From contig NW_024704742.1 of the NCBI RefSeq assembly GCF_018977255.1, forward strand, positions 82,648,001 through 82,712,000: DNA of 64,000 nucleotides, written 5' to 3'. This stretch comes from Callorhinchus milii. Taxonomy: Eukaryota. The notes beneath the pieces are model-generated. The model was not told the origin of the DNA and made no database searches. It saw nothing but the letters and a program-made list of their open reading frames with translations. Shown one piece after another: positions 61,751 through 64,000 of this stretch. Numbering within the stretch: position 1 is the stretch's first letter; each line of letters begins with the position of its first letter. Position numbers and translations under genes: made by a program.

Positions 61751-63496
61751 TGTTTAGTATTTTCTTTCTTCTTCAAATGTTCATTGCATTCTGAAATGCT
61801 GTACACTGTCCAGCGCCTTGGGGCGTCCTCCCGACATGAAAGGCGCTATACAAATGTAATCTTGTTGTTGTTGTTGCATTCCCTTTTCAACATTGTAATG
61901 GTTTCGTCCTCAATAGCCAGAAAGCAGTATGTTTGAATGTTATCCTATCTATCATTAATTATGGTTGCATTTTGTCTAGTTTAAGTCCAACTTCTCGAAC
62001 TTGTAAGAAGCCTGAGTATAATGCACTGGTTGACAACAAAATTGAGTCACAGACAGAAACATCTTTACAGTACTTAACATTTATTGCCTTCTGCAGTTGA
62101 TCCTTGGGGAGTGTTATGAATAAATCCAGATGTACATTATCCAATATATTATTTCAGAAACAAGAGAGAACCAAATTCCTTAGAAGTCAGTTAATCAACC
62201 AAAACTATCATTGTGTCCTTCTTTGGGAGTGTTCTGTCGTCAAAGTGAGTACAGGGTCCAGGAGGAATTGAACCTTCAACCCTTTGCAGGCTTCGAAATC
62301 TTGTTTTAATTACTAAGAGATCCAGATGGTAATTATTTTGTGTGTAATTAATTTGTGGTTAAGACCAGAAGAAAATTCAGCTGGTAACATTTAACTGTGT
62401 GCACAAAAACTAGAAATTTGATAATGCTTTTCCACTATCCAATTCGCAATTGGCTGTCGCACTTCACCCACAAAATACATAGTCAATCCACTTTACAATA
62501 CAACAACAACTTCAATAACTTCCATTTATATAGCGCCCTTCATGCAAGATAGTGTCCTGGAGCAATATATGCTGTGAAGCGCTTTGAGAAGTCTCAATGA
62601 CTTGATAAGGTGCTATACCAAATGCAAGAAATCATTATTATCCATACCATTGAACCCAAGGTGGCAGATAGTGCTATATCACCTGTTGAAGTTCATACAG
62701 ATTTGTCTTCTCCACAGAGTGCTTGCTTTAAATATAATTATACCCCGATTGCAGCAAATGTTGCATTATGCCTTGATGTTGGAGGCACTTTTTTGAACAA
62801 AGTAATGGTTTGCAGGTATCATCGAGCGTTCTGCCCATCATGGGAGAAACACCAGGGCTGAAGTGCCAGGAAAGTCCTGGTATAATCTGTACGGAAGAAA
62901 AGATTTCAATGNAAAAAAAGGCCTCCTTCTGTGCTGCAAATTTCTAAAACTTTTCTCACTGCCAAACAACGCATTGATACCCAGATAACTCTTTGCAAAG
63001 GAATTGATATAGGAGCAACGACTTGATTCTTCACACGGCAGCCAATTTGCACACAGCAAAGTCACACAAACATTCCTCCTCATGCGCATTTTCTGGTCAA
63101 CCAGCTAATAAGTAGCCTGGCCTCGGGTCAGGCCAGTTTGCAGTCAAATCATAGGTAAGTTAATGTTGTCACTATTGCTGTCTGCTCAGAAGGTTAAAGC
63201 TGCTCGCATTCCAGAAGCAAAATATCCAATTGTGGGACGTGGGAAAATAAGTGGATTTATGGAGTAGGATGTTTATTTGAGAAAAACTAGATTGCATTGC
63301 AACAAAGAGTCGCTGGAAAGTATTTTGGCATCCCAAATTGTTGTTTAGAATACATTACCAACAAATTACATTTGTATAGCGCCTTTGACTTCAGAAGGAT
63401 GTCCCAAGGTGCTGGATAAACATCTCTTCTCTATTTATGGTTTTGTCTTGGGAGTGACAGAGAAGGCTGGCTCTCAGATTTATGAAAAGTGGCCAC

Positions 63497-63760
63497 AATA
63501 ATAATCATTATATTTGCTATAGCGTCTTTCATGTTGTGAGGACATCCCAAAGTGTTTCACGGGATTTACTATAAAGTGTAGTGACTGTGTGTTCTGTGGG
63601 CAAACATGGCAGCCTATTTGCACACATCAATGTCCCACAACAAACGTGAAGTGAATGACAATATTATTTGGGGAGATTGTCAACTAGGACCCCGGGAGAA
63701 ACTGCCTTCTGTTTTCAAACAATACCATGGGATCTTTAATGTCTACCTGAACAGCCAGAC
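63497..63760 (-). mobile_element. Deu-domain SINE, 3' portion
   Basis: ctgttcaggtagacattaaagatcccatgg...tgtgggacattgatgtgtgcaaat and tail. Confidence 0.8.
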
Positions 63761-64000
63761 AGCGCCAACAATCATTGTGTGTGTTTCTTTAGTTTGGTAC
63801 ACATAGTTGTATTGTTCCTTAAATGCTTGTTTAAAAAGGGACAAGCCCTATAAAATCCAATTTAGTGCATTGCAGAGAGAGACATGGCACAGCTTTATAC
63901 CCAGGTTATCCCCATATTAAGCACCAACAAGGAATTGGTGTCTAAGGATTCTTTGGCTGCATTCCTATTGGAGTCTTTTCTAAACTAGTTGAAAAACTGC

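Noticed and set aside
62912..62912. Ambiguous base n
   Set aside because: Sequencing or assembly artefact next to a poly-A run.
1..64000. CRISPR array, operon or other prokaryotic system
   Set aside because: Vertebrate-type retroposon landscape; repeats are dispersed with no repeat-spacer periodicity and there are no long ORFs.

Overview
AT-rich eukaryotic genomic DNA, dense with repeats, and with no recognisable host protein-coding gene, tRNA or rRNA. It reads as a large intron or gene desert. The repeat complement points to a cartilaginous fish, probably a holocephalan (inference from recalled families, not from a search). It includes 5'-truncated L2 LINEs ending in (TTG)n, CR1 LINE fragments, many old Deu-domain SINEs of the SacSINE1/AmnSINE1 type, and a younger tRNA-Ala-like SINE in short and long forms. 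Nearly all longer ORFs in the track are LINE/SINE remnants or chance frames. The most notable feature is a 246-bp fold-back element (52825-53070) inserted in a Deu-SINE with a perfect 13-bp target-site duplication. It carries a minimal hammerhead-ribozyme motif of the Penelope type, intact on one arm and mutated on the other, and an older relative lies at about 11 kb. Other observations: a shared LINE/SINE 3' stem-loop with a conserved stem and variable pentaloop, ~60-bp L2 tails nested in SINEs, a (TTAGGG)3 tract inside an L2 tail, several MITE-like elements, candidate conserved non-coding elements, and a few unverified exon candidates. Boundaries of old repeats are approximate.
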